Of a stretch of 32,000 nucleotides of DNA, positions 15,150 to 25,690 are shown one piece after another (positions within the stretch are counted from its first letter, which is position 1; each line of letters opens with the position of its first letter). Below the pieces are notes generated by a model. That model searched no databases, was not told where the DNA came from, and was given only the letters and a program-made list of their open reading frames with translations. The stretch is from Desulfobulbus propionicus DSM 2032. GTDB lineage: Bacteria > Desulfobacterota > Desulfobulbia > Desulfobulbales > Desulfobulbaceae. The position numbers were made by a program, and so were the translations under genes. The stretch lies in assembly GCF_000186885.1 (NCBI RefSeq), contig NC_014972.1:2190001-2222000 (forward strand), in the 5' to 3' direction.

Positions 15150-15235
15150 CATCCATCGCGAGGGGTGGCGTAAAGCCTGAGATGATACCCATGGAACCTG
15201 ATCCGGATAATACCGGCGAAGGGAAGCGGACAAGA
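15150..15235 (+). promoter_or_regulatory. TPP (THI-box) riboswitch aptamer
   Basis: gaggggtggcg...gcCTGAGAtgatACCCatggAACCTGATCCGGATAATACCGGCGaAGGGAAgcgg matches the conserved THI element. It lies upstream of thiS. Confidence 0.9.
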
Positions 15236-15275
15236 CAAAGAGGAACCGGGTGTACCCCGGTTTTCCGGCCTGCAA

Positions 15276-15315
15276 GCCGCTTGCCCTTCCCTGAAAGGAC
15301 AAGCGGCTTTTTTTT
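15276..15315 (+). terminator. Riboswitch expression-platform intrinsic terminator
   Basis: Stem gccgcttgccc (15276-15286) / ggacaagcggc (15297-15307) followed by T8 (15308-15315). It ends 15 nt before the thiS ATG. Confidence 0.8.
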
Positions 15316-15329
15316 ATTGGGGAAACAGC

Positions 15330-15527
15330 ATGGACCTGTTCGTTAACGGAGTCAAGGAAACCGCAGAGCCCTGTACCATCGATCAACTGGTGGCGCGCAA
15401 GGGGCTGGCGCCGGGGGCGCTGGTGGTGGAATTGAACCAGCAGATTATCAAACAGGAGCAGTGGTCGATCACGCCACTCAAGGACGGCGACCGGTTGGAA
15501 CTGCTCAGTTTTGTCGGTGGAGGCTGA
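15330..15527 (+). CDS. thiS: Sulfur-carrier protein ThiS
   Basis: 65-aa ubiquitin-like protein ending ...FVGGG (C-terminal Gly-Gly). First gene after the TPP riboswitch. Confidence 0.9.
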   Translation: MDLFVNGVKETAEPCTIDQLVARKGLAPGALVVELNQQIIKQEQWSITPLKDGDRLELLSFVGGG

Positions 15528-15530
15528 CTC

Positions 15531-16304
15531 ATGAACGATGACGTATTGACCCTTGGTGGCCGGACGTTTACCAACCGGTTGCTCACCGGCACCGGCAAAT
15601 TTGCGTCCCATGCCCAAATTCCCCGGATGCTGGCGGCCAGCGGCTCGCAGATGATCACTGTGGCCCTGCGCCGCATCGACACCACCGCCCAGTCGGAAAA
15701 CATCCTCGATTATATTCCCAAGAAGGTGACCCTCTTGCCCAACACCTCGGGTGCGCGGACGGCGGAACAGGCGGTGCGTATCGCCCGCATCGCCCGCGAG
15801 GCCGGTTGCGGCGACTTCATCAAGATCGAGGTGATCACCGACATGAAGTACCTGATGCCGGACAACTGGGAGACGCTCAAGGCCACCGAGATTCTGGCCA
15901 AGGAGGGGTTCATCGTCCTGCCTTACGTGCTGCCCGATCTGCCGCTGGCCAAACGGCTGGAGAATGCGGGGGCCGCCGCGGTCATGCCGCTGGGCGCTCC
16001 GATCGGCACCAATCGGGGCCTGGAAACCCGGCCGCTGATCGAGCTGTTGATCGACAACTGCACCGTGCCCATCGTGGTCGACGCCGGCATCGGCAAGCCC
16101 TCCCAGGCGGCGGCGGCCATGGAGATGGGGGCCGACGCGGTGCTGGTCAACACCGCCATTGCCACCGCCAAGGATCCGGAAGCCATGGGACGCGCCTTTG
16201 ACCTGGCGGTTCGGGCCGGCCGGGCCGCCTATCTGGCGCAACTAGCGGAAGAATCGACCCTGGCCCGGGCCTCGTCGCCGCTCACCGGTTTTCTGGACGA
16301 ATAA
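15531..16304 (+). CDS. thiG: Thiazole synthase ThiG
   Basis: 257 aa with [37 protein letters not shown] and VDAGIG, all conserved ThiG blocks. Confidence 0.95.
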   Translation: MNDDVLTLGGRTFTNRLLTGTGKFASHAQIPRMLAASGSQMITVALRRIDTTAQSENILDYIPKKVTLLPNTSGARTAEQAVRIARIAREAGCGDFIKIEVITDMKYLMPDNWETLKATEILAKEGFIVLPYVLPDLPLAKRLENAGAAAVMPLGAPIGTNRGLETRPLIELLIDNCTVPIVVDAGIGKPSQAAAAMEMGADAVLVNTAIATAKDPEAMGRAFDLAVRAGRAAYLAQLAEESTLARASSPLTGFLDE

Positions 16305-16336
16305 CTCGTTGGTGTCGTCACCGCAAGGAGCAGACC

Positions 16337-17446
16337 ATGTCCTATTTTGAGGTAGTCGAACAGTACAACGGCTTTGATTTTGCCGGTTTTTTCAACGGGG
16401 TGACCGAGGCGGCCATCGAGCGGAGCCTGGCCAAAAACAACCCAGGGGCGATGGATTTTCTCACCCTGCTCAGTCCCAGGGCGGCCGGACATTTGGAGGC
16501 CATGGCCCGCAAGGCCCATCAATTAACGGTACAGTATTTCGGTCGCACCATCCAGATGTTCATCCCGCTCTACATCTCCAACCACTGCAACAACGGCTGC
16601 GCTTACTGCGGCTTCAACCACAAAAACCCCATCCTGCGGCGCAAGTTGAGCCTGGAAGAGATCGAGGCCGAGGCCAAAGCCATTGCCCGCACCGGCATGC
16701 AGCATGTGCTCTTTCTCACCGGCGAGGCCCATCACATCACCCCCATGACCTATCTGGTCGATGCCGCCCGGCTGCTGAAACGACATTTTGCCTCGGTGGC
16801 CATCGAGGTCTATCCGCTGGCGGTCGAGGAATACCGGCAGCTGCACGAGGCCGGGGTCGACGGCATGACCATGTTCCAGGAGACCTACGACCAGGCGGTC
16901 TACAAGCGGGTGCACCTGGCCGGCAAAAAGATGGACTACCATTGGCGGCTCAACGCGCCCGAACGGGCGGCTCAAGGAGGCATGCGGGTGGTCAATCTCG
17001 GTGCCCTGCTGGGACTGGCCGAACCGCGTAGCGAGATCTTCTTCACCGGCCTGCACGCCCGCTACCTGGAAAACAAGTTCCTCGACACCGAGGTGGCCAT
17101 TTCTCTGCCGCGCTTCAATGAAGCCGAGGGCGACTTCCAGCCCGACTACCTGGTGGACGACAGGACCTTTGTCCAGTTCATGACCGCCCTGCGCATCTTT
17201 CTGCCGCGCGCCGGTATCACCATCTCCACCCGGGAAAATGCCGCCTTCCGCGACCGCATCCTGCCGCTCGGCGCCACCCGTTTCTCGGCTGGTTCGAGCA
17301 CGGGGGTGGGCGGCTACACCGAGATCAAGGTCGAGCAGACGCCCCAGTTCGAGATCACCGACAACCGCAGTGTCGATGAGGTGGCCCAGGCCATCGTCGC
17401 CCACGGCTATCAGCCGATCTATAAAGATTGGGATCGGATCGAATGA
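16337..17446 (+). CDS. thiH: 2-iminoacetate synthase ThiH (radical SAM tyrosine lyase)
   Basis: 369 aa with radical-SAM motif CNNGCAYCGF. Located within the thi operon. Confidence 0.9.
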   Translation: MSYFEVVEQYNGFDFAGFFNGVTEAAIERSLAKNNPGAMDFLTLLSPRAAGHLEAMARKAHQLTVQYFGRTIQMFIPLYISNHCNNGCAYCGFNHKNPILRRKLSLEEIEAEAKAIARTGMQHVLFLTGEAHHITPMTYLVDAARLLKRHFASVAIEVYPLAVEEYRQLHEAGVDGMTMFQETYDQAVYKRVHLAGKKMDYHWRLNAPERAAQGGMRVVNLGALLGLAEPRSEIFFTGLHARYLENKFLDTEVAISLPRFNEAEGDFQPDYLVDDRTFVQFMTALRIFLPRAGITISTRENAAFRDRILPLGATRFSAGSSTGVGGYTEIKVEQTPQFEITDNRSVDEVAQAIVAHGYQPIYKDWDRIE

Positions 17447-17982
17447 ACATCGGTATTGCCGGGGTGGGCGGCATCGGCTCCAACGTGGCGGTCAACCTGG
17501 TACGCAGCGGCGTGGAGGCCTTGACGATTGTCGATTTCGACCGAGTGGAACCGTCCAACCTCAACCGCCAGTTCTACTTTGCCGACCAGATCGGCCGCTA
17601 CAAGGTTGATGCGCTACGCGAGAATTTACAACGGATCCGACCGGAACTGCGCGTGGAAACCACGGTTGAACGGATTGATGCCGCCAACTGTCTCACCCTT
17701 TTTGCCGACTGCGACCTGATCGTCGAAGGCTTTGACCGGCAGGCGGATAAAAAAATGCTGCTGGAGGCCTTCGGCACCGAGCGGATCGTGGTCTCGGCCT
17801 GCGGCATCGCCGGCAGTGACTTGGGCTCCATTCGCATCCGCCGGATCGGCAACTGCCATATCGTCGGCGACTTCACCACCGACTGCAGCGAGGCTCCGTT
17901 GTTTGCCCACAAGGTCCTCACCGTCGCCAACCACATGAGCGCGATCATCCTCAGTCAACCAGGAGTTCTTCATGAAACATAG
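17443..17982 (+). CDS. thiF: ThiF-family (short form) ThiS adenylyltransferase
   Basis: MNIGIAGVGGIGSNVAVNLVRSG is a Rossmann GxGxxG motif; NLNRQ follows. The ATG at 17443 overlaps the thiH TGA (ATGA). About 179 aa. Confidence 0.8.
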   Translation: MNIGIAGVGGIGSNVAVNLVRSGVEALTIVDFDRVEPSNLNRQFYFADQIGRYKVDALRENLQRIRPELRVETTVERIDAANCLTLFADCDLIVEGFDRQADKKMLLEAFGTERIVVSACGIAGSDLGSIRIRRIGNCHIVGDFTTDCSEAPLFAHKVLTVANHMSAIILSQPGVLHET

Positions 17983-18622
17983 TAAACCTCTTTTTCCCGC
18001 CGGCATCTATGGCATCACCGCCGAAAAGTTCTCCGCCGGCCGGACCAATATCGAGGTCGCCCAACAGATGATCAGGGGCGGCATCCGCTTGATCCAGTAC
18101 CGGGAAAAACGACCGCACAAGAGCTTTGCCGAGATGCTCGCCGAGTGCCGCGCCATTCGCGCAATGACCCGCGACGCGGGCGTTCTGTTCATCGTCAACG
18201 ACTACCCCGATATCGCCCAACTGGTCGATGCCGACGGCGTCCATGTCGGTCAAGACGATTTTCCGGTGCCCGAGGTGCGGCGGTTGATCGGCCCGCACAA
18301 GCTGATCGGCCTCTCCACCCACGGTCCGGAGCAGGCGGCCGCCGCGTTGGCGGCTGGTGCCGACTACATCGGCGTCGGCCCGATCTTCAGCACCCAAACC
18401 AAGGAGGATGTCTGCGCTCCGGTTGGGCTGGGGTATCTTGAGCATGTGGTGCGCTCCTGCCCTCTGCCCTTCGTCGCCATTGGCGGTATCAAGGAGCACA
18501 ACCTGCACGAAGTGGTAGCGCGCGGCGCCAAAACCGTGTGTCTGGTCACCGAAATTGTCGGCGCCACGGATATCGCCGCCACCGCCCGCCGATTGCAGGC
18601 GGCCTGCTCCGCCCCCCTTTAA
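17972..18622 (+). CDS. thiE: Thiamine-phosphate synthase ThiE
   Basis: 216 aa with [26 protein letters not shown] and [11 protein letters not shown]. It overlaps the thiF end by 11 nt. AGGAG RBS. Confidence 0.9.
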   Translation: MKHSKPLFPAGIYGITAEKFSAGRTNIEVAQQMIRGGIRLIQYREKRPHKSFAEMLAECRAIRAMTRDAGVLFIVNDYPDIAQLVDADGVHVGQDDFPVPEVRRLIGPHKLIGLSTHGPEQAAAALAAGADYIGVGPIFSTQTKEDVCAPVGLGYLEHVVRSCPLPFVAIGGIKEHNLHEVVARGAKTVCLVTEIVGATDIAATARRLQAACSAPL

Positions 18623-18650
18623 ACAACCCTTTACCCCAGGAGAACCGATC

Positions 18651-19940
<1,290 letters not shown>

Positions 19941-19964
19941 ATTTTTCCGCTGCTCGTCCTACGA

Positions 19965-20002
19965 AGCGGCGATGGTTTTCACCAGCGACAGCCATCGCCG
20001 CT
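19965..20002. terminator. 11-bp hairpin between convergent thiC and msrAB (no clear U-tract on either strand)
   Basis: agcggcgatgg (19965-19975) / ccatcgccgct (19992-20002), with a 16-nt loop. Confidence 0.4.
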
Positions 20003-20012
20003 TCCCCCGAGG

Positions 20013-21092
20013 TCATGGCTTGTCAAACAATTTGCGGTACTGGCCGTAGCCCTCGGCTTCCAGTTTATCCTTGGGAATGAACCGCAGAGCAGCCGAATTG
20101 ATGCAGTAACGCTGCCCGGTCGGCGTCGGGCCGTCAGCAAAGACATGGCCGAGATGGGAATCGCCATCCTTGCTGCGCACCTCGGTGCGGGTCATGAAAT
20201 GACTCCTATCCTGCTTTTCGACAATGCCGGTCTTGTCGATGGGTTTGGTGAAACTGGGCCAGCCGGTGCCGGAGTCAAACTTGTCGATGGAACTGAACAA
20301 GGGCTCACCGCTGACCACATCGACATAAATCCCCTCTTCCTTGTTGTCCCAATAGGTGTTGTTGAACGGTGGTTCCGTGCCGTTGTTCTGGGTCACCTCG
20401 TATTGCAGGGGCGTCAGACGCTGTCTGAGGTCCTGCTGTTTGCCCCCTGACAGGGTATCCACGTTTTTCCAGGTTTTGTCCAGAAATTGGTCACGGCCGG
20501 AACCGGCCCGGTATCTCTTGTAGTGGAAGGGATTTTTCTTGTCGTAGTTCTGGTGGTACTCCTCAGCTGGATAGAAGCGTGGCGCCGGCAGGATGGGCGT
20601 GACGATCGGTTGAGGGAAGATATTGCTGGCCGCCAGCCGCTGCTTCGATGCCTCCGCCTCCTGCCGCTGCTCTTCCGAGAAATAAAAGATCGCCGTGCTG
20701 TAGGCATGGCCGCGATCAACAAATTGGCCTCCCGCATCGGTGGGGTCAATCTGCCGCCAGAAGATCTCAAGCAGCCGTTCGTAGGCAACCCGGCGCGGAT
20801 CGTAAACCACCTCCACCACCTCGATGTGGCCGCCGGCCGAGTAATTTTCATAGGTGGGATGGTCGGTGGTACCGCCGGCGTATCCGGATTGCACCGACAG
20901 CACGCCATCGACTTGGGTGAACGGCGGCGCCACACACCAAAAGCAGCCGCCGGCAAACAGGGCCCGCTGCGCCCCCTCGGTCTCCAGCCCTGTACTGGCC
21001 TGGGGAGCGCCGCCGTTGAGCGGATCAACAGCGAACATCATGCCTGCGGCGAAAACAAAGAACCATCGGGACACACGGTGAAACGGATACAT
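20013..21092 (-). CDS. msrAB: Secreted bifunctional methionine sulfoxide reductase MsrA-MsrB fusion
   Basis: 359 aa with an N-terminal hydrophobic signal-like segment. MsrA motif GGCFWC; the MsrB half contains GWPSF and RYCINSAAL. Confidence 0.9.
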   Translation of the reverse strand: MYPFHRVSRWFFVFAAGMMFAVDPLNGGAPQASTGLETEGAQRALFAGGCFWCVAPPFTQVDGVLSVQSGYAGGTTDHPTYENYSAGGHIEVVEVVYDPRRVAYERLLEIFWRQIDPTDAGGQFVDRGHAYSTAIFYFSEEQRQEAEASKQRLAASNIFPQPIVTPILPAPRFYPAEEYHQNYDKKNPFHYKRYRAGSGRDQFLDKTWKNVDTLSGGKQQDLRQRLTPLQYEVTQNNGTEPPFNNTYWDNKEEGIYVDVVSGEPLFSSIDKFDSGTGWPSFTKPIDKTGIVEKQDRSHFMTRTEVRSKDGDSHLGHVFADGPTPTGQRYCINSAALRFIPKDKLEAEGYGQYRKLFDKP

Positions 21093-21224
21093 GGCGCGAC
21101 CTCCCCTCCTCTGGCTTAATTTAAGAATGAATATTATCCATTATCATAAGACCGTTTTCCGGAGTTGTCAGGGCATCATTTGTCTCGCATTTTCTCCCCT
21201 CCATGCGGTGGAGAGAACGGCGAT

Positions 21225-21262
21225 AAAAAACCCCCTGTCTGCTGATGCGAGCAGACAGGGGG
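21225..21262 (-). terminator. Intrinsic terminator of the PBP gene (minus strand)
   Basis: Perfect 13-bp stem ccccctgtctgct (21231-21243) / agcagacaggggg (21250-21262). On the minus strand it is followed by T6 (complement of the A-run at 21225-21230). Confidence 0.8.
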
Positions 21263-21290
21263 TTGGGCAGTGGATGCGTTGTGTTTCGGA

Positions 21291-22415
21291 TTAGTCGCGG
21301 CTTTTGTATTTGGTGCGGACACCACCTGAACGCCGTTTCATGAGAAAACCGGCAAGGACGAAAACGCCGAGGAACACCAGAAAACCTGCACCCAGACCGA
21401 TGAAAAAAATGCCCCAGCCGTTTTTTCCAGCCTTGGCCGGTGGGGCTGCCTCGCCTTTTCCTTCCGTGGTGGAACCAGCTGTCCCTTGGGTGGTTGTACC
21501 CGAGGTGTCAAAAGTAACGGGTGCTTGCGGCGGCGCAGTCACGGCGCTCTGCGGCGGAGCGGCCGCCGTTTCAGGCTTGGGCGGCACGATGGCAAACCCC
21601 TTGGCCAGCAACTCCACGGCCTTGGCATCACGCACCTTGCGATCCTTGCTGCCCATGACCAGGGTGATGATCCGTACCCCCCCTTTCTTGGCGGTGGCGG
21701 CAATGGAAAAACCGGCCGCCTGATAGTAACCGGTCTTGAATCCGTCGCAGCCGGGCACCTGGGTGAGCAGCTTGTTGTGGTTGCGCATGATGAACTTGTC
21801 TTCGCGGAAGCCCCGGGTCTGGGTGCCGGTGTATTTCAGCGCCTCGGGCCGCTTAGCCAGTTCCCGACAGAGGATGGCCAAGTCGCGGGCCGTGGTCACA
21901 TCCGGTTCCTGGCCTTCCGACGGCGGCAGGCCGTGAACTGAGTGAAACACGGAATGCTTCATGCCCAGAGCCTGGGCCTTCTGGTTCATCAGGGCGACAA
22001 ACCCTTCCTTGGACCCCGCGATATGGGTGGCCAACGCGACCGCCGCATCATTGGCCGATTGCACCATCAGGGCGTAGATCAGCTCCTCCACCGAAAACTG
22101 TTCCTTGGGGTCAAGGTACACCTGGGAACCGCCGGTTTTCGAGGCCTCAACGGTCACCGGCACCATCTCGTCCAATTTCAGCGCCCCCTGCTCGATGCGA
22201 TCAAGGATGACGTAGAGGTCCATCAACTTAAGCACGCTGGCCGGATACACCTTGACATCGGCATTGGATTCGAACAGCACTTTGCCGCTGTCGGCCTCGA
22301 TCACCAGGGCGGAAACATAGGGGTCCTGGGAAATGACGGCGAGCGGGGTGCGCGCGGCCCGGACTGACGGGGCCATGAGCAGCAGAACAAGGGCACAGAG
22401 GATCAAACGCTTCAT
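21291..22415 (-). CDS. Serine-type D-Ala-D-Ala carboxypeptidase (class C low-MW PBP, peptidase S11) with C-terminal membrane anchor
   Basis: 374 aa with a signal peptide. Motifs are SxxK (ASVLK), SxN (QSAND) and KTG (FKTGYY). An Ala/Pro/Thr-rich linker precedes the C-terminal TM segment. Confidence 0.85.
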   Translation of the reverse strand: MKRLILCALVLLLMAPSVRAARTPLAVISQDPYVSALVIEADSGKVLFESNADVKVYPASVLKLMDLYVILDRIEQGALKLDEMVPVTVEASKTGGSQVYLDPKEQFSVEELIYALMVQSANDAAVALATHIAGSKEGFVALMNQKAQALGMKHSVFHSVHGLPPSEGQEPDVTTARDLAILCRELAKRPEALKYTGTQTRGFREDKFIMRNHNKLLTQVPGCDGFKTGYYQAAGFSIAATAKKGGVRIITLVMGSKDRKVRDAKAVELLAKGFAIVPPKPETAAAPPQSAVTAPPQAPVTFDTSGTTTQGTAGSTTEGKGEAAPPAKAGKNGWGIFFIGLGAGFLVFLGVFVLAGFLMKRRSGGVRTKYKSRD

Positions 22416-22741
22416 AATGCTTTCTCAGCTCCTGATCATTCGGCGCCTCACGTACGGACGGCAGCCGGGAAATTCCGGGACACAGCAACCAAGACAAAAG
22501 AACGAACAGGATGGGTGCGCACCATCAAGCCTTCTCTTCCCGTGATCCTGCGAAACGATGTACAAGCGGCCGCGAACCCTCGTGCATGCACGAAAACCAC
22601 CGCCACCATGGTGACGATTACTTACTGTCGAAGCGCTTGACTGTCAAACATTTCTTCCCCCTGCCCCGGAAAACCGCGCCTGTCCGTATTCAAAGAGCTC
22701 AACAATATCGGATCGTTGTCACGGATAGGGAGGGGAAAGAC

Positions 22742-22770
22742 TTGCCCCGGCCGGATGATTGCGGTATGGT
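22742..22770 (+). promoter_or_regulatory. Promoter candidate for the ribB leader (TTGCCC-17-TATGGT)
   Basis: TTGCCC at 22742-22747, a 17-nt spacer, TATGGT at 22765-22770. This would place the transcription start just before the riboswitch P1 helix at 22779. Confidence 0.4.
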
Positions 22771-22778
22771 GGCCGCCT

Positions 22779-22920
22779 ATTCTCAGGGCAGGGTGCAATT
22801 CCCTACCGGCGGTATGTCCACCCTGTGGACGAGCCCGCGAGCGCCTGCCGCGTTTGGGCAGGGTCAAGCAGATCCGGTGAGAAGCCGGAGCCGACGGTGA
22901 TAGTCCGGATGGGAGAGAAT
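22779..22920 (+). promoter_or_regulatory. FMN riboswitch (RFN element)
   Basis: ATTCTCAGGGCAGGGTGCAATTCCCTACCGGCGGTA...AGCCCGCGAGCG...CAGATCCGGTGAGAAGCCGGAGCCGACGGTGATAGTCCGGATGGGAGAGAAT is near-identical in its conserved blocks to the E. coli ribB leader. The P1 helix is attctc/gagaat. Confidence 0.9.
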
Positions 22921-23110
22921 GAGGTTAACGGTGGAAGACCGTGCCGCCGAACGGAAGGCAGCGAGGCATGCAGGGGATGGTTTGCCCGGCGTGTTCGAGT
23001 GCCGTCTTTCCGGCGCGGCAGGGCTTGTCCGCCCAAGACCGAAAAACCGGCATGGGGCCGGTTGTTCCCGCATGCCCTGATTCTGGTCACTGATTGTTCA
23101 GGAGGAAACC

Positions 23111-23773
23111 ATGAATCAGACCCACGATATTTCGCTTTTATCTCGCTTCGGCACATCCCAGCAACGAGTGCACAAGGCACTGACCGCGCTCAATCACGGA
23201 CACGGCGTCCTTCTGGTCGACGACGAGGACCGGGAGAACGAAGGCGATCTCATCTTTGCCGCCGAACACCTGACTACCGCCCAGATGGCCCTGCTCATCC
23301 GCGAATGCAGCGGTATCGTCTGTCTCTGTCTGACCGATGAACGCATCCGCCGACTGGAATTACCGATGATGGTCAACCACAACACCAGCAAGAACGGTAC
23401 CGCCTTTACCGTGACCATCGAGGCCCGCGAGGGGGTAACCACCGGCGTTTCCGCCCAGGATCGGGTCACCACCATCCGGACCGCCATCGCCCCCGAGGCA
23501 CGGCCAACGGATCTGTCCCATCCCGGCCATGTGTTTCCCCTGCGGGCTCAGCCGGGCGGCGTGCTCACCCGGCGCGGCCATACCGAAGGCACGGTCGACC
23601 TGATGCTGCTGGCCGGTTTGCAACCGGCCGGGGTGCTGTGCGAGCTGACCAATCCGGACGGGACCATGGCCCGCTTGCCGGAAGTCGTGACCTTTGCCGA
23701 GCGGCATGGCATGCCGGTGCTGTCCATCGAGGATCTGGTCGCCTACCGTCAGACCCACCTCGCCGCCGCCTGA
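23111..23773 (+). CDS. ribB: 3,4-dihydroxy-2-butanone-4-phosphate synthase
   Basis: 220 aa with [18 protein letters not shown] and RRGHTEG. AGGAGGA RBS. Monofunctional, with no fused GTP cyclohydrolase II domain. Confidence 0.95.
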   Translation: MNQTHDISLLSRFGTSQQRVHKALTALNHGHGVLLVDDEDRENEGDLIFAAEHLTTAQMALLIRECSGIVCLCLTDERIRRLELPMMVNHNTSKNGTAFTVTIEAREGVTTGVSAQDRVTTIRTAIAPEARPTDLSHPGHVFPLRAQPGGVLTRRGHTEGTVDLMLLAGLQPAGVLCELTNPDGTMARLPEVVTFAERHGMPVLSIEDLVAYRQTHLAAA

Positions 23774-23802
23774 GCCTTTCGCCGCGACGCGCATCCCACG
23801 AC

Positions 23803-23849
23803 ACCCGACATGCGGCATTCCCGGGCAATCCGGGCGTTGCATGTCGGGT
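23803..23849. terminator. Nested hairpin between convergent ribB and mpl
   Basis: Outer stem acccgacatgc (23803-23813) / gcatgtcgggt (23839-23849), with inner stem cccgg/ccggg. No U-tract. Confidence 0.4.
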
Positions 23850-23878
23850 CACCACCAATCTGCCACAAACGGCCACTC

Positions 23879-25327
23879 TCAAGGCGCTGGATGTTCGAGC
23901 AGGGTCAACAGTCGCTGATGAATGTTGTCAAATCCGCCGTTGGACAGGATGACCACCACGTCACCGGGTTGGCACTGGCGGGCCAGGGCGTCGAGAATGG
24001 CCTCGGTATCCGTATAGGCATGGGCCTGGATGCCCCGCAACGCAAGGTCGGCGGCCAACTGGCCAGAGGAAAACTGCTCGCTGATCGGGACCGTCTCCAG
24101 CGGCACATGCTCGCGAATCAACACCTGATCGGCCGAGCCGAAGACCGTGGCATAATCCTGTTGAAACACCGCCCGGCGGCTGGAATTGGTGCGTGGCTCG
24201 AAGACCACCACCAACCGGGTGTCCGGCCAGGCCAACCGCAGGGCCTGCAAGGTTTCGCGCACTGCAGTCGGATGGTGGGCAAAATCGTCGACCACGGTGA
24301 TCCCCCGCACCACCCCGCGCACCTGCTGCCGTCGCTTGACCCCCTCAAACGAGGCCAATCCCTGGACAATGGTCTCGAAGGCAAATCCCAGATGACTGAG
24401 CAGGGCAATCACCGCCAGGGCGTTGAGACAGTTGTGCACTCCCGGCATGGGCAGGCGGCAGCGGCCCAGTGGTTGCCCACGATGCACCACGGTGAACTCG
24501 CTGGCCAGACCCCGCACTTGGAGATCCACCACCCGCCATTCGCAGCCGCTGCCCCTGCCGTAGCCGATCACCGGACAGAGGGCCACCTTGGCGAGTTCCG
24601 CCACCACTGGGTCGTCGAGATGGGCCACCAGGGCGCCTTGCGGCGGAATACGGCCGATAAACTCGGCAAAGGAGGCCTTGATGGCCGCAAGATCGGCAAA
24701 AATGTCGGCATGATCGAATTCCACCGAGGTGAGGATGGTGCAATGCGGGCGATAATGCTGAAATTTTGACACCTTGTTGAAAAAGGCGGTGTCGTACTCG
24801 TCCCCCTCGACCACGAAGTAGGGGCCGTCGCTGACGTTTGCGTTGCGGCCAAAGGCCTCGACCAGGCCGCCGATCATGAATCCAGGGGTGGCACCGATAC
24901 GGTGCAAGGTGGTGGCCAGGAGGGAGGAAGTGGTGGTTTTGCCATGGGTGCCCGCCACCACCAAGGATTGCTTGCCCTCGAGAAAGAAATGGCCCAGGGC
25001 CTGGGGCATGGACAGGTAGGGGATGCGCAGCCGCGCCAGTTCGATGGCCTCGGGATTGGTGATCCGCACCACGTTGCCGACGATCACCAGATCGGGTCGG
25101 CCGGTCAGGTTGGCGGCTGCATAGCCGGCCATGACCTCGATGCCCAGATCAGCGAGAAAATCGGACATCGGCGGATAGACGTTCTGATCCGAACCGGTGA
25201 CAGTGAATCCCTTCTGGAGCAGCATGGCCGCCATGGCCGCCATGCCGGTGCCACAGATACCGATCAGGTGGATATGCTTGGGATTGGCGGGTGCCGCGTT
25301 CAGGGCCGGGTCAAGTAAGCCGCTCAT
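23879..25327 (-). CDS. mpl: UDP-N-acetylmuramate:L-alanyl-gamma-D-glutamyl-meso-DAP ligase (murein peptide ligase)
   Basis: 482 aa. The N-terminus IHLIGICGTGMAAMAAMLLQKGFTVTGSDQNVYPPMSDFL is the Mpl signature. The Mur-ligase P-loop is GTHGKTTT. Confidence 0.9.
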   Translation of the reverse strand: MSGLLDPALNAAPANPKHIHLIGICGTGMAAMAAMLLQKGFTVTGSDQNVYPPMSDFLADLGIEVMAGYAAANLTGRPDLVIVGNVVRITNPEAIELARLRIPYLSMPQALGHFFLEGKQSLVVAGTHGKTTTSSLLATTLHRIGATPGFMIGGLVEAFGRNANVSDGPYFVVEGDEYDTAFFNKVSKFQHYRPHCTILTSVEFDHADIFADLAAIKASFAEFIGRIPPQGALVAHLDDPVVAELAKVALCPVIGYGRGSGCEWRVVDLQVRGLASEFTVVHRGQPLGRCRLPMPGVHNCLNALAVIALLSHLGFAFETIVQGLASFEGVKRRQQVRGVVRGITVVDDFAHHPTAVRETLQALRLAWPDTRLVVVFEPRTNSSRRAVFQQDYATVFGSADQVLIREHVPLETVPISEQFSSGQLAADLALRGIQAHAYTDTEAILDALARQCQPGDVVVILSNGGFDNIHQRLLTLLEHPAP

Positions 25328-25506
25328 CGGGGGCGCACCGTCCGCTCGATGGCTCGATAGATCCGCTCAAAGGTGTCATCAAAGGAAGAAGGGGTCAGGC
25401 GTCCCACTTCAATGAACTTGACCACGATTTCCTTGGCCACTTTGAAGATGGCCTCGTCGCTGATCTCCCCACGGCTCTGCTGCCTGTTTTTGTCGTCATT
25501 CCCCAC
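25324..25506 (-). CDS. Small (60-aa) hypothetical protein, translationally coupled to mpl
   Basis: A GTG at 25506 follows AAAGGTG and lies just downstream of the terminator of the preceding gene. Its stop overlaps the mpl ATG (ATGA at 25324-25327). The ORF-track version (to 25671) would run through that terminator. Confidence 0.45.
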   Translation of the reverse strand: MGNDDKNRQQSRGEISDEAIFKVAKEIVVKFIEVGRLTPSSFDDTFERIYRAIERTVRPR

Positions 25507-25533
25507 GGTTACACCTTTGGTTCTAGGGACAAT

Positions 25534-25587
25534 AAAAAAACCCCTGTTACAGGAAGAAGGCCAATTCTTTACCAAGTGCAACAGGGG
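25534..25587 (-). terminator. Intrinsic terminator of the 199-aa gene (minus strand)
   Basis: Stem cccctgtt (25541-25548) / aacagggg (25580-25587) with an internal aagaa/ttctt helix. On the minus strand it is followed by T7 (complement of A7 at 25534-25540). Confidence 0.7.
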
Positions 25588-25690
25588 AGAACCACGCTCA
25601 CACGGAAAAAACCTCGCCAGCATTCCCCGGGAGGCCATGGTTTTTCTCAACGCAACAGGGGCAGGCCGCAACCGCCCCTCCTTGATCTTT

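Noticed and set aside
18623-18650. Possible second TPP riboswitch before thiC
   Set aside because: Only 28 nt separate thiE and thiC, so there is no room for an aptamer. No THI-box sequence is present.
22511-22900. 129-aa plus-strand ORF upstream of ribB
   Set aside because: It runs straight through the FMN riboswitch aptamer (22779-22920). The composition is Arg/Pro-rich and looks spurious.
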